Positions 40,949-52,733 of a stretch of 64,000 nucleotides of DNA are shown here, piece by piece. Numbering within the stretch: the first letter of the stretch is position 1; every line of letters starts with the position of its first letter. The DNA is taken from positions 401,284 to 465,283 of the forward strand of contig JBBIRK010000001.1 of the NCBI GenBank assembly GCA_037441845.1, in the 5' to 3' direction. Origin of the DNA: Candidatus Zixiibacteriota bacterium. GTDB taxonomy: Bacteria > Zixibacteria > MSB-5A5 > UBA10806 > 4484-95. The notes below the pieces were generated by a model. The model was not told the DNA's origin and made no database searches. It saw only the letters and a list, made by a program, of their open reading frames with translations. The translations under genes and the position numbers were made by a program.

Positions 40949-42247
40949 TCAAAAAATCGTTCCATAAATCATCCCGGTTATGGTCGCCATCACCACAACC
41001 AACGATACGAAGACCACCGTTTTCCTCGTTCCCATGATCGACCGCAAGACCAACATGTTCGGCAGCGAAAGCGCTGGGCCTGCCAACAGAAGTGCCAACG
41101 CGGGTCCTTTGCCCATTCCGTTACCGATCAGCCCCTGCAAAATCGGCACCTCGGTCAGAGTCGCAAAATACATGAAGGCACCGGCCACCGAGGCGAACAG
41201 GTTCGCCCACAGTGAATTGCCGCCCACCGAACCGCTGATCCACTGCGATGGAATCAATCCTTCCATCCCGGGACGGCCGAGAAGCAATCCGGCAACAAGG
41301 ACGCCGCCGAATAGGAGCGGTAGAATCTGCTTGGCAAAACCCCAAGTTTGGGAGAACCATTCGCCGGATTCATCCTGTCGCCGGCTTGTTATGATCGACA
41401 ATCCTACTACTGCAGCCGAGAAAGCCGGCAACGGTTCGTGCGGAAATAATAAAGCAATGATGGCCGTGGTCATAGCCGTCATGCCAACAGCGATTTTGGA
41501 CAAATTGAACCAGAAAATCAATATTGCGCCGAAGGCGACCGCTGCAACACCGGTGATAAGCCACTTATAAGAGTAGACAAGATACCAGAAGCCTGTCGCC
41601 TTGTCCGGCTTGCCCCAATTGGCAAATACAAGGATGGCAACCATGGCCGCAAAGTAAAGTCCGTTTTGCCACAAGGGCCGGCTGACTTCCGGTTCGGGCA
41701 TCGCCATTTGCGCATTCACTTTCTCCGTCTCTTCTTTGCGATAGATCAGGTGCATCAGCAAACCGATGACGATGCTGAAACCAATCGCACCGACCGCCCT
41801 GGCGATGCCGAGCTTTATCCCTAATACCCGAGCGGTCAGAACGATAGCCAGGACATTGATCGCCGGGCCGGAATAAAGAAAAGCCGTGGCCGGACCAAGT
41901 CCGGCGCCCATTCGATAAATACCGGCAAAAAGCGGCAACACCGTGCAGGAACATACCGCGAGAATCGTCCCGGACACCGAGGCCACTCCGTATGAAAGCA
42001 CTTTGTTTGCCTTCGCCCCGAGGTATTTCATCACCGATGCCTGACTGACAAAAACCGCAATCGCTCCGGCGATAAAGAACGCGGGGATAAGACAGAGAAT
42101 TACATGTTCCTGCGCGTACCATTTTGTAAGCGCCAGGGACTCAATGATAGCGCCTCTCAACCGAGAACTATCGATCGGCAGGTGGAAGAAAATCAGGAAG
42201 ACCGCGACTATCCAGGCCAGCGGCTTCCACTCTTTTTCCCAATCCAT
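40949..42247 (-). CDS. ArsP/DUF318-family permease
   Basis: EHVILCLIPAFFIAGAI, LAVCSCTVLPLF, FLYSGPAIN, MYFATLTEVPI, GPALSLP. Confidence 0.88.
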   Translation of the reverse strand: MDWEKEWKPLAWIVAVFLIFFHLPIDSSRLRGAIIESLALTKWYAQEHVILCLIPAFFIAGAIAVFVSQASVMKYLGAKANKVLSYGVASVSGTILAVCSCTVLPLFAGIYRMGAGLGPATAFLYSGPAINVLAIVLTARVLGIKLGIARAVGAIGFSIVIGLLMHLIYRKEETEKVNAQMAMPEPEVSRPLWQNGLYFAAMVAILVFANWGKPDKATGFWYLVYSYKWLITGVAAVAFGAILIFWFNLSKIAVGMTAMTTAIIALLFPHEPLPAFSAAVVGLSIITSRRQDESGEWFSQTWGFAKQILPLLFGGVLVAGLLLGRPGMEGLIPSQWISGSVGGNSLWANLFASVAGAFMYFATLTEVPILQGLIGNGMGKGPALALLLAGPALSLPNMLVLRSIMGTRKTVVFVSLVVVMATITGMIYGTIF

Positions 42248-42283
42248 CGAATTTATCCTTTAAGCAAAACTTATCATTCCCCA

Positions 42284-42305
42284 TACTTGGCCATTAAGCC
42301 AAATA
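42284..42305. promoter_or_regulatory. Putative ArsR operator (type 1), between arsR and the permease
   Basis: TACTTGGC-cattaa-GCCAAATA inverted repeat. Confidence 0.65.
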
Positions 42306-42321
42306 TATAACGAAAAAAAAA

Positions 42322-42645
42322 TCACTTGCCTATATCAGCCGACAAACGACGTGCGTTTGCCACCAACACATCCTCCACACAGCCGAAGAAATTCAGGATG
42401 CAGGGCACTCGCAGGCGATAGAACACCTGCAATCCTCGCTTCTCATCCTCCACTATCCCGGCATCCTTCAAAACCGAAAGATGCTTGGAAACAGTCGAGA
42501 TATCGGCGCCGATCATATCCCGCAATTCACATACGCACCGTTCGCCCCGGGACAGTTCATCCAAGATGAACAGTCTCGACGGATGCGCCATGGCTTTGAT
42601 TACCCGCGCCCGGGCTTGGTATTCTTGTTTCGTTCTTGCGTCCAT
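42322..42645 (-). CDS. arsR: ArsR/SmtB-family transcriptional regulator
   Basis: KAMAHPSRL, ERCVCEL, STVSKHLSVLK, terminal C...C. Confidence 0.92.
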   Translation of the reverse strand: MDARTKQEYQARARVIKAMAHPSRLFILDELSRGERCVCELRDMIGADISTVSKHLSVLKDAGIVEDEKRGLQVFYRLRVPCILNFFGCVEDVLVANARRLSADIGK

Positions 42646-42673
42646 ACTTTCCTTATGCCATTATCGGCTTTGC

Positions 42674-42710
42674 TGATTGGCAAAATAACCAAATAGTTTT
42701 TAGGGGTCAA
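42674..42710 (-). promoter_or_regulatory. arsR promoter with overlapping operator
   Basis: Minus strand TTGACC-N17-TATTTT; TGATTGGC-aaaata-ACCAAATA (42674-42695) covers the -10 and matches the 42284 repeat. Confidence 0.65.
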
Positions 42711-42971
42711 GACTTTTTTTAACGCTCACCAAAATCTCACTTACAGGCTATCTATCGCATTATAGTAATTAGACATAAGCGGTCGATATTGCTATCCTAC
42801 CGATTACAATCGGGCTTTTCGCTTGAATTTCTGATTGTCGGATTCAGCGGAAGTCGTTGGCAGACAGTCTAAATCGTACAAACAACGGCGCAAATTTCAT
42901 AATCGCCCTAAGAGGAGAATAAGGGATGTCCAACACTATTTATCCCCCGCCTATACGCCGATCACCGTGCC

Positions 42972-44231
42972 CTATCTGATCAGAACCATCTTTTTATATG
43001 CCGTCAGATCGCCCGCCCCGAGGTGATAAAAGTAAATGCCGCTCGAGGCCGGAGCGCCGAATCGATCGGTCCCATCCCAGGCAACCCGGTGACTGCCGGC
43101 AGGCTTGGTCTCGTCAACAAGCCGCCGGACAACGTTTCCGAGTATATCGACTATTTCGATTGTCACGTGTGACCGCTCGGCAAGGCTGTATTCGGCGATC
43201 GTCATTGAATTGAACGGATTCGGATAGTTTTGCGAAAGGAAGAAGCGATCCGGTTGGCGTGACGCATGATTATCGTCGATACCGTCTGCCACGAAACGCA
43301 AGATGTACAACCAGTCGATATTGGTTATAAAGACATTGTTACCTTCGACGAAAACGCTTGATGCGAATGAACCAAGGCTGAAAGAATCGGAAAATGCCGG
43401 AGCTGCAGGGTTTGAAATGTCAATAACCTGAAGGCTGAAATAATCGGCAACGTAGGCGTAATTCTGGCTCGCCGCAACATCATATGCGACACCAGGCGTA
43501 TCGTAGTTGCCGACAAGCGCGGGAGCGGTGGGGTTGGCTATACTTATAATTTGAACACCTTGATCCCGGTCAGCCAACAAGGCATAGTTTCCGGAAAGAC
43601 ATATTTCATCCGAATTACCGCTCGTATTGTATCCCCCCGCATAGACCGGATTCGCCGGATCGGACACGTTTATTACCACCAGCCCACGTTCAAAATCCGC
43701 AACGTATGCGTATTGCCCGGAGACGGAAATACCGGTCGCATACCCAAAAGTATCCCATGTGCCGACCCACGTGGGGTTTGACGGAGTGGAAACGTTTATG
43801 ATAATCAGGCCGAACAAACCATCCGCAACATAGGCGTAATTATTCGCCACAAAAACCGCTTCCGCCGTACCGGGCGTGTTATAGCTGCCGACAAGAACCG
43901 GGCTTGATAGATTGGTCACGTCTATAATCTGCAAACCAGAGTCGTAATCGGCGACATAAGCATAATTCCCAAGAACGAAGACCCCAAGCGCCCTGCCCGG
44001 AGTATCGCATCGGCCTACAAACATGGGTTCGGTAGGATCCGACACGTCCACTATCTCAAGGCCATAATCAAATTGAGCGATAAAGGCGTTACCGCCTATT
44101 ACCACGACATCCTTAGGGTTTCCCATCGGCGCATAGCTGCCTAGATACTCCACTTGGCCGAACAACGATGTTGCTTGGAAGATAATGCCCCAAAGCAAAA
44201 ATGCGATTGACGCAAAACGATACCTCAGCAT
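42972..44231 (-). CDS. Secreted LVIVD-repeat (beta-propeller) protein with C-terminal sorting domain
   Basis: About 7 repeats of YAYVAD...GL.I.(D/N)VS.P..P..VG.Y(D/N)T.G; QNYPNPFN...SSGIYFY...KKMVLIR. Confidence 0.88.
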   Translation of the reverse strand: MLRYRFASIAFLLWGIIFQATSLFGQVEYLGSYAPMGNPKDVVVIGGNAFIAQFDYGLEIVDVSDPTEPMFVGRCDTPGRALGVFVLGNYAYVADYDSGLQIIDVTNLSSPVLVGSYNTPGTAEAVFVANNYAYVADGLFGLIIINVSTPSNPTWVGTWDTFGYATGISVSGQYAYVADFERGLVVINVSDPANPVYAGGYNTSGNSDEICLSGNYALLADRDQGVQIISIANPTAPALVGNYDTPGVAYDVAASQNYAYVADYFSLQVIDISNPAAPAFSDSFSLGSFASSVFVEGNNVFITNIDWLYILRFVADGIDDNHASRQPDRFFLSQNYPNPFNSMTIAEYSLAERSHVTIEIVDILGNVVRRLVDETKPAGSHRVAWDGTDRFGAPASSGIYFYHLGAGDLTAYKKMVLIR

Positions 44232-44434
44232 TCGAACCACTCCATTCTCAATAAACCTCGCGATTTTCCATATCACCTGTATCGAAAAGCCATAACGATT
44301 CACGCAAATACTAAAATTGATAAATCGACCATGTCAAGCGGATTTGCGGCATGAAGCCAAACGGTCATCAGACCTAAAATCATCGCGCTTAGGCTCTGTG
44401 GGTGCGAAAAAGTCTTGCAGGGAAGTGGGGGTTC

Positions 44435-44971
44435 CTATGACTTGGTGAAATAAGTTCGGTGCTCGCCACCGCCTTGTGATTTTACCCATATTTTCAGGCC
44501 TCGGGATTTCGCTTTGTCGATCAGCGGCGCCGGTTCGAATGGCGTTATAAGTTCGTAAATATCGTTTCCGGCAAGCCTCTCCAAATCGCGGAGGACCACG
44601 CCGATAGGCTGCTCCCCCGACTCGATCATCGGTCTGGCGTCGAGCGTCTTCACGATACGACCTTCGGCAAACCACTCCGGCGGCTCTTTCGTCACAGGCG
44701 AATCGCTTAGGTGGTATTCAGTGAATTCGGGTTGACCCACCTCTCGGCGCAATCGCTGAATCAGCTCCATCACGGAAATTCCGCCGACCCGCGCCGCTTG
44801 GGCAAGGCTCGTTACTCTGGCGACCGTCTTTCGCAGAACCGGATTGCGCAGCTTTTTGAATGCGGGGGCGATTTCCACCAGCATGTCCTCGAGCTGTGGA
44901 AAATCTTTCAAGAGATCGGCGACTTTGGTCTGCGGAGTTATAAGCGGTTGGTTATCTCCCACAATGCTCAC
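44435..44971 (-). CDS. DUF1858 (+DUF2249-like) domain protein
   Basis: KVADLL..FP...PAFKKLRNPVLRKTVARVTSL; LDARPMI...P, ITPFEPAPL. Confidence 0.75.
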   Translation of the reverse strand: MSIVGDNQPLITPQTKVADLLKDFPQLEDMLVEIAPAFKKLRNPVLRKTVARVTSLAQAARVGGISVMELIQRLRREVGQPEFTEYHLSDSPVTKEPPEWFAEGRIVKTLDARPMIESGEQPIGVVLRDLERLAGNDIYELITPFEPAPLIDKAKSRGLKIWVKSQGGGEHRTYFTKS

Positions 44972-46203
44972 TCCTCGGCATAGGAAAGCAATCTTTGTTC
45001 GCCGGTCAGCGACCGCTTTTCGGTCAAGTCTTGGCTAACCTCGAGAGTGCCCAGATATCTACCTTTTTCGTCCCTGAGAGCGAAATACTCGATATGAATG
45101 AACTTGCCCTTGAGATTTATCCAAAATGGCGCACGGCTCGCTTTACCGCTCTTGAAATCATCCAAAATCTTTTGCACGATATGCACGCTGGCCGGCGGAT
45201 GGCACATCTGCACTTTGCGACCGATTATCGCTCGATTGCGATCGAAAATCCTTTCTCGTCCCTGGGTGAAATAACGGACGGTGTCGTCGGCGTCCACAAA
45301 AGTCAGATCGAACGGGATAGTGTTGAGCAACACGCGCATTTCGGTCGGAGTCAAGCTGCCGCTGGGGAAATAGATCCGGTTTTCGCTTCTTTCTTCTTTA
45401 GCCTCCGTCACAGCCGCCTTTGGTTTCCATTCCGCTTCGGGATCGTATATGCAGAAACCGATCTCCGGACTCTGAACATAGATCGAGTACCACTCCTCCT
45501 CCGACAACTTGTCCAGACACATCGGAAAAAGGATTTCTTCTTCCTTGAAAATCATTTCCCTGATCGCGTCGGTGGCAGGTTGAAACACCATATCCACGAT
45601 TCCCTTGGCGTCACCGGCGTTTATCTGCGAAGAAACCTGAAGCACCTCGATCGCATTCTTCACCAACCCGCGGACTTCGTCGTCTTTCCCCCACATCACC
45701 GTCGGCGGCCCGGTTATCCCCTTTTTTTCCAGAAAAGGAAAAAGCAAGTTTTCCTTGCGGCTATAATGTTTTTCGATATCAGCCAATCTGCTGAATCGCA
45801 GTCGAAGTTGTCCGGCCAGTTCGGTGGCATCCGTCCGGTCATCGCTATTTCGGATATCCTCGAAAAGCTTTTCCGCCAGTGCGATCTCGCCGAGCAGGGC
45901 CGCATTTTCTTTCTTGAACGTATCCACCGGATGACCCGGCGGCACCTGTTTCCCTCCCGATGAATCGACTACTCCTTTCATCGCGGCGGAGTGAAGATCG
46001 CATAGTTTGAGTATCTCACCGGCCGGCATCCCCTGGGAAATCAACTCCTGTTCGACCTCGACAACCTCGTTATAGGGCACTCTTCCCAACAACTTCAACA
46101 GTTGCGGCTTGACTGATTCCGGCGCTTGGCCTTTATGAAGTTGCAGAATGAGGTGTTTGAGAACCCCTCTTCTGGCTTTCGCATTATCGATCAACTCGCT
46201 CAT
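44968..46203 (-). CDS. DUF438 + hemerythrin-like + PAS domain protein
   Basis: EQELI..G...ILKLCDLH, GHPV.TF..EN, HYSRKENLLFP, MIFKEEEILFP, PAS TFVDADD...IIGRKVQMCHPP. Confidence 0.85.
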   Translation of the reverse strand: MSELIDNAKARRGVLKHLILQLHKGQAPESVKPQLLKLLGRVPYNEVVEVEQELISQGMPAGEILKLCDLHSAAMKGVVDSSGGKQVPPGHPVDTFKKENAALLGEIALAEKLFEDIRNSDDRTDATELAGQLRLRFSRLADIEKHYSRKENLLFPFLEKKGITGPPTVMWGKDDEVRGLVKNAIEVLQVSSQINAGDAKGIVDMVFQPATDAIREMIFKEEEILFPMCLDKLSEEEWYSIYVQSPEIGFCIYDPEAEWKPKAAVTEAKEERSENRIYFPSGSLTPTEMRVLLNTIPFDLTFVDADDTVRYFTQGRERIFDRNRAIIGRKVQMCHPPASVHIVQKILDDFKSGKASRAPFWINLKGKFIHIEYFALRDEKGRYLGTLEVSQDLTEKRSLTGEQRLLSYAEE

Positions 46204-46243
46204 CGCACTCACCTTTTCAATGTTCTAATTTAATGCATAGGAA

Positions 46244-46260
46244 TTTGGAATCAATACAAA
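46244..46260. promoter_or_regulatory. ICE/Per-like box over the DUF438 promoter
   Basis: TTTGGAA-TCA-ATACAAA overlapping a minus-strand TTGATT-N16-TAAATT. Confidence 0.4.
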
Positions 46261-46572
46261 TAAGCACCGCTTTCGACGTTGCGAGGCCGCCACGCAGGAA
46301 ATCATCGAAACCATTCTATAATAATTCGCTTCAATATCGTCAAGCCCGAATGGCAACGGCGATAAATGGGCAGATTTATCGCTTTACGGCTTCCTCGTTC
46401 CCTGACGGAATTCAATGCAACCGTTCGCTGATCGGCGGAACCCCCGAGAAGATATTCGGGTTATAATTACATCATGAGAAAATTCGATTCAACCCGGGAT
46501 CGGGGCAATTACTAATATCATCGAATAGGGATATAGGCCGGCCGGAAATTCGGGGGATGATTTTGATTCATA

Positions 46573-46606
46573 TCTTGACAACGTCTAATACTAAACGTTT
46601 TTTAAT
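46573..46606. promoter_or_regulatory. Tandem ICE/Per-like boxes upstream of the Fur-family gene
   Basis: TCTTGAC-AAC-GTCTAAT followed directly by ACTAAAC-GTT-TTTTAAT; contains TTGACA. Confidence 0.55.
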
Positions 46607-46609
46607 AAC

Positions 46610-47008
46610 ATGAGAGATCCGATTTCGATTCTGCGGCAGTGCGGAATCCAGCCGACCCCGCAACGGATCGCCGTCGTGGATTACGTGCTGAAAAGCAAAA
46701 CCCATCCATCGGCCGATGACGTATTGAAATATGCGCGCAAGAAATGTCCCACCGTCTCGCGGGCGACCGTATATAACACGCTCAACCTGCTCGTCAAAAA
46801 AAGGCTCTTGGAAATGCAGACGATCAAGGAGGGCGCCGTGGTTTTCGATCCCAATATCGAAAGGCACCACCATTTCGTCGATTACGATACCGGCGAAATT
46901 TACGATATCCCCTGGGATCAGCTCGAAGTCAGGGGAAGAGAGAAGTTGAAGGATTTCGAAATTGATGAATTCCAGGTGATAATGAGGGGCAGAAAAAAGA
47001 GAAGATGA
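46610..47008 (+). CDS. Fur-family regulator (Irr/PerR-like, no CxxC)
   Basis: TPQRIAV, HPSADDV, SRATVYNTL, HHHF...GEIYDI. Confidence 0.9.
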   Translation: MRDPISILRQCGIQPTPQRIAVVDYVLKSKTHPSADDVLKYARKKCPTVSRATVYNTLNLLVKKRLLEMQTIKEGAVVFDPNIERHHHFVDYDTGEIYDIPWDQLEVRGREKLKDFEIDEFQVIMRGRKKRR

Positions 47009-47024
47009 TTTTTTTTATCCATCG

Positions 47025-47058
47025 GTGATATAATGTCTAATATTAGACAGATTCTCTT
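47025..47058. promoter_or_regulatory. Tandem ICE/Per-like boxes upstream of katG
   Basis: GTGATAT-AAT-GTCTAAT/ATTAGAC-AGA-TTCTCTT with the perfect palindrome TGTCTAATATTAGACA at 47034-47049. Confidence 0.6.
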
Positions 47059-47142
47059 TGATACCGCCGACGCCGAGCGCCCATCCGCCAAGCTCATCCA
47101 ACCGGCCGGGCGGGTTTATGAGCATGATAGCAAACTCGATAA

Positions 47143-49374
<2,232 letters not shown>

Positions 49375-49395
49375 GTAATCTGTGTTAATCGAACT

Positions 49396-49426
49396 TTCAG
49401 GAGGTTGGCTCGGCCAACCTCCTGAA
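49396..49426 (+). terminator. Strong hairpin after katG
   Basis: TTCAGGAGGTTGGC-TCG-GCCAACCTCCTGAA, 14-bp perfect stem, no clear U-tract. Confidence 0.6.
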
Positions 49427-49488
49427 GTCCTTGCGGAGAGATGGAGAGGTATTGCCATTCCCTTTATCAAATACCATTTCAAGGTCCT

Positions 49489-49936
49489 TATACTGCTCCC
49501 CGTTAGTTGACAGCGGGAATTAAGGGAGTATCTTGTGGCCGATTTCACAAAGGAGATCGGTCATGAAGAGACGGGTGTGGGGTTCGAAGACGGGCTTAAC
49601 CTGATGTCGGACAATGGCCCTCAACCAACTTCAGACCGATTCATGAAGACCTGTTCAGTGCTGGAGGTTCACCGGGCGTTTACCTGCTACAATAATGCCA
49701 GAGGTAATGCCCATGCGGAGCGCATGATGCGAACGCTGAAAGAGGAGCTTTTGCGGCTGCGGGAGTGGCGCGATCCCTACGAGGTGTCGATGGCTATTGG
49801 CGGTTGGATTGAAAAATACAACCAGAGTTACCTGCATTCGACCCGGGCATACAAAACGCCGAACGCTATGGAAGAAACCCATAACTTGGCCACGAGGACT
49901 CTCTTAAAAACAGCTTGCTGAGTAGGGAGCATTACA
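49489..49936 (+). mobile_element. Internally deleted IS3-family element (448 bp)
   Basis: Terminal IRs TATACTGCTCCC / GGGAGCATTACA; left-end TTGACA-N16-TATCTT, AAAGGAG and ATG; OrfB C-terminus SDNG.Q...GNAHAER..RTLKEE...YN..YLHS..AYKTP. Confidence 0.85.
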
Positions 49937-50442
49937 CGATATCACAATTCCCTGATATTTCGGTGTCGCAAAAAGCCTGGGCACGGGAAGAAATTTACTG
50001 GTCGTTTCTGGCCTTGAACGTCTGCCTACCCGTATCAAAAGCATTGGGAAAGCAGAAAGCTCTTGATCTGTTCAAGGACAGCGGCGGTTATTTTGTCGGA
50101 GCCAAAACGTGGGTACCGTTTGAATCTCCGCATAAGAGCTTCATCCTCTATCTTTGCCGGGAACAGGCGAACCTGAGGGGCAACCAGGTTACCCTGGAGA
50201 AGCTAAATGATAACGAAGCTGTAATTAAACTGAATACTCATTTCTTCAGGGTGTACTTCACAGCCTCTCATCTTAGGCCCGTCATCTCTATTGAAGATAA
50301 TTGCGATATATTCGAGACAATATGGCAAGACCGCGCCTCGAGTGCAGGATGGAATCTGCAAATTACTTATACTGATTATACTGAAGACTACGTCGTAGAT
50401 TTTCACTTCAGCCGAAACAGAGCTTCATACGACAATCGATGA
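49937..50442 (+). pseudogene. 5'-truncated hypothetical gene abutting the IS right end
   Basis: About 168 protein-like codons with no own start or RBS; the only upstream start (TTG 49915) lies inside the IS. Confidence 0.55.
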
Positions 50443-50695
50443 TCACGATATCAGCTGTTGAAGATTGCACAGGAACGATGTACCGGCTCGACAAACAAAG
50501 CGGGGCCGACCTCACTCTCACCAAACTCCTGTGAGCTTTCTTTTTCCAATCCGGCTGCACTATGCCTTGATTGACGGAACGCGTAGGAAAACACTGCGAT
50601 GCGGCGACAAAGAGCTTGATATCGGCAGTCTTCTGCCTTAGTGGAAAGGGTAGATTGGCTCAATCCGCTCTGTTTTCAGACCATATGGAGCTCTG

Positions 50696-51964
50696 TTATT
50701 TCAGCAGCAGCATCTTCTTTGTCTGCACAACATCATCGGCTTGAAAACGATAGAAGTAGACGCCTGTCGAGACAGGTTTGTCAGCATCATCGCAACCATT
50801 CCACTCGATTTGGTAGGACCCGGCCGATTTCGACTCATTCACAAGCGATCGTACTCTCTGTCCGAGTATGTTGAAGATCTCAATCGATACTTGAGACCGT
50901 TTGGGCAAACTGTATTCGATCGTCGTCACCGGATTGAACGGGTTGGGACAATTCTGTGAGATGGAGAAATGGTGCGGCAGGAGAAAAGGAGCGTTTTTCA
51001 TCAACGTCGGTAGCAACGAATCGCAGGATTATCAACGAGTCTGCATCCGCAACATAAATATAATCGCCGGAAACTGAAACCCCCTTCGCGGGCAGGAAAG
51101 TGTCATAACTGCCGGCCGACGTTGGATCGGCGGGATTTGAAATATCAACTACCTGCAAACTGAAATAATCACCGACATACGCATAATTGCATAATTGCCA
51201 CTGACCACAACCCTGTAGGCCACCCCAGGAGTGTCGTAATTGCCTGCCAGAAGCGGATTGGCGGGGTTGGCTATGTTGATGATCTGAAGTCCTTGATCGC
51301 GATCTGCAAGAAAAGCATTGTTCCCCGAAAGACATACGTCGTCGGAATAACCGTCAGTATTGTATGCACCTGCAAATACAGGATTAGCGGGATCGGATAC
51401 GTTTATTATCACCAAGCCGCGCTCAAAATCCGCCACATAAGCATATTCCCCCGAAACAACGACGCCCGTCGCATACCCAAAAGTGTTCCAATTACCCACC
51501 CAAGTGGGATTGGAGGGATTGGAAACATTAAAAATCTCCAGGCCGAATAATCCATCCGCGACATGAGCAAGATTCCCTATTACAAAAACGGCCTCCGCCG
51601 TACCGGGTGTGTTGTAACCGCCGACACAAGACGGACTGGTGGGATTTTACACATTGATGATCTGGAAACCGGAGTCGTAGTCGGCGATATAAGCGTAATT
51701 GCCAAGCACGAAGACCCCGATTGCATCACCGGGTGTATCCCAGCCGCCGACTAATACAGGACCGGCCGGGAAAGATACGTCTACTATCTGCAGACCATAG
51801 TCGAAATCGGCGACATAGACAAGGTCATTTAGACTAAAGACATCGAAAGGACACCCCGGAGTATCAAGAATACCGACGTATTCCACTTGACCGAATAACG
51901 GTGCTGTAAATATCCCAATACTCAAAAGCAAAGATAATATTGGAAGAAGATAATTCCTGATCAT
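50696..51964 (-). pseudogene. Pseudogenised paralog of the LVIVD-repeat protein
   Basis: In-frame TAA at 51647-51649, 8-bp tandem duplication at 51181-51196, +1 base at 50994-50998. Repaired length is 1260 nt, the same as 42972-44231. Confidence 0.9.
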
Positions 51965-52150
51965 ATGAACTCCCCTTGACATTGAGCTTTAGATCTTTTT
52001 ATCAGAACAACCCTCGAATGCCTATACACACTTGCAGAAATTATAGGATTCCTAACCAGCGATGTAAAGGAAATCTCAGAATCTATCTTGAGGAATGGAA
52101 CGAAGAGGAGGGTATACTGCGTAACTCTCAGCGCATGAACGGCTTATCTA

Positions 52151-52228
52151 TGGCGGGGCCGACGAGACTCGAACTCGCGGCCTCCTGCGTGACAGGCAGG
52201 CGTTCTAACCAAACTGAACTACGGCCCC
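52151..52228 (-). tRNA. tRNA-Asp(GTC)
   Basis: GGGGCCG...CCTGC-CTGTCAC-GCAGG...GTTCGAGT...CGGCCCC-GCCA; full cloverleaf with encoded CCA. Confidence 0.97.
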
Positions 52229-52283
52229 GTGCCTAAAAATCCGAATGGAAAAGAACTGTCAATCAACGCGAACGCACAACCAC

Positions 52284-52562
52284 CTATTCGGTTCCCGGTG
52301 ATGTCTCGCCGCCGGTTTTCTTCTTGCGTTCAGGATTCAGCAAAATACCCAGCGGCAGAAAAACACAATATCCGAGCACCAGCAATATCGGCGCGATGGT
52401 TATGGAACCGCCGGCCAAAAATATATAACCGAGAATTATCAATCCCAAACCCACAGCCAGCAGAATGTAATTCGGCTTGCCGAATCCAAGAGATTCACCG
52501 AGATGTTTCTTGACGCCGGCTGCCCCCACGGCTTTTTTCGCCGTCTTGCCTTTGCTTTCCAT
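52284..52562 (-). CDS. DUF3098-like small membrane protein
   Basis: FGKPNYILL...GYIFL...ITIAPILLVLGY. Confidence 0.7.
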   Translation of the reverse strand: MESKGKTAKKAVGAAGVKKHLGESLGFGKPNYILLAVGLGLIILGYIFLAGGSITIAPILLVLGYCVFLPLGILLNPERKKKTGGETSPGTE

Positions 52563-52733
52563 CGTCACCCCACGATCCGCGCCTCCGGAATAGGCCGGTC
52601 GGTCGCTTTGATTATCAAAAGAAATTACCCAAATCGCTCCGAAAGTCAAGCCATTTTTGCCCTCGAGCCGCCCGATCGCCGATCTTATTCTTAATTCCTT
52701 GACCGATTAGATGCGGTTCCCGTAAATTTACCT

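Noticed and set aside
37760..42645. Selenocysteine readthrough in the thioredoxin, DGC, YeeE or permease genes
   Set aside because: All redox motifs are encoded with Cys and no in-frame TGA interrupts them.
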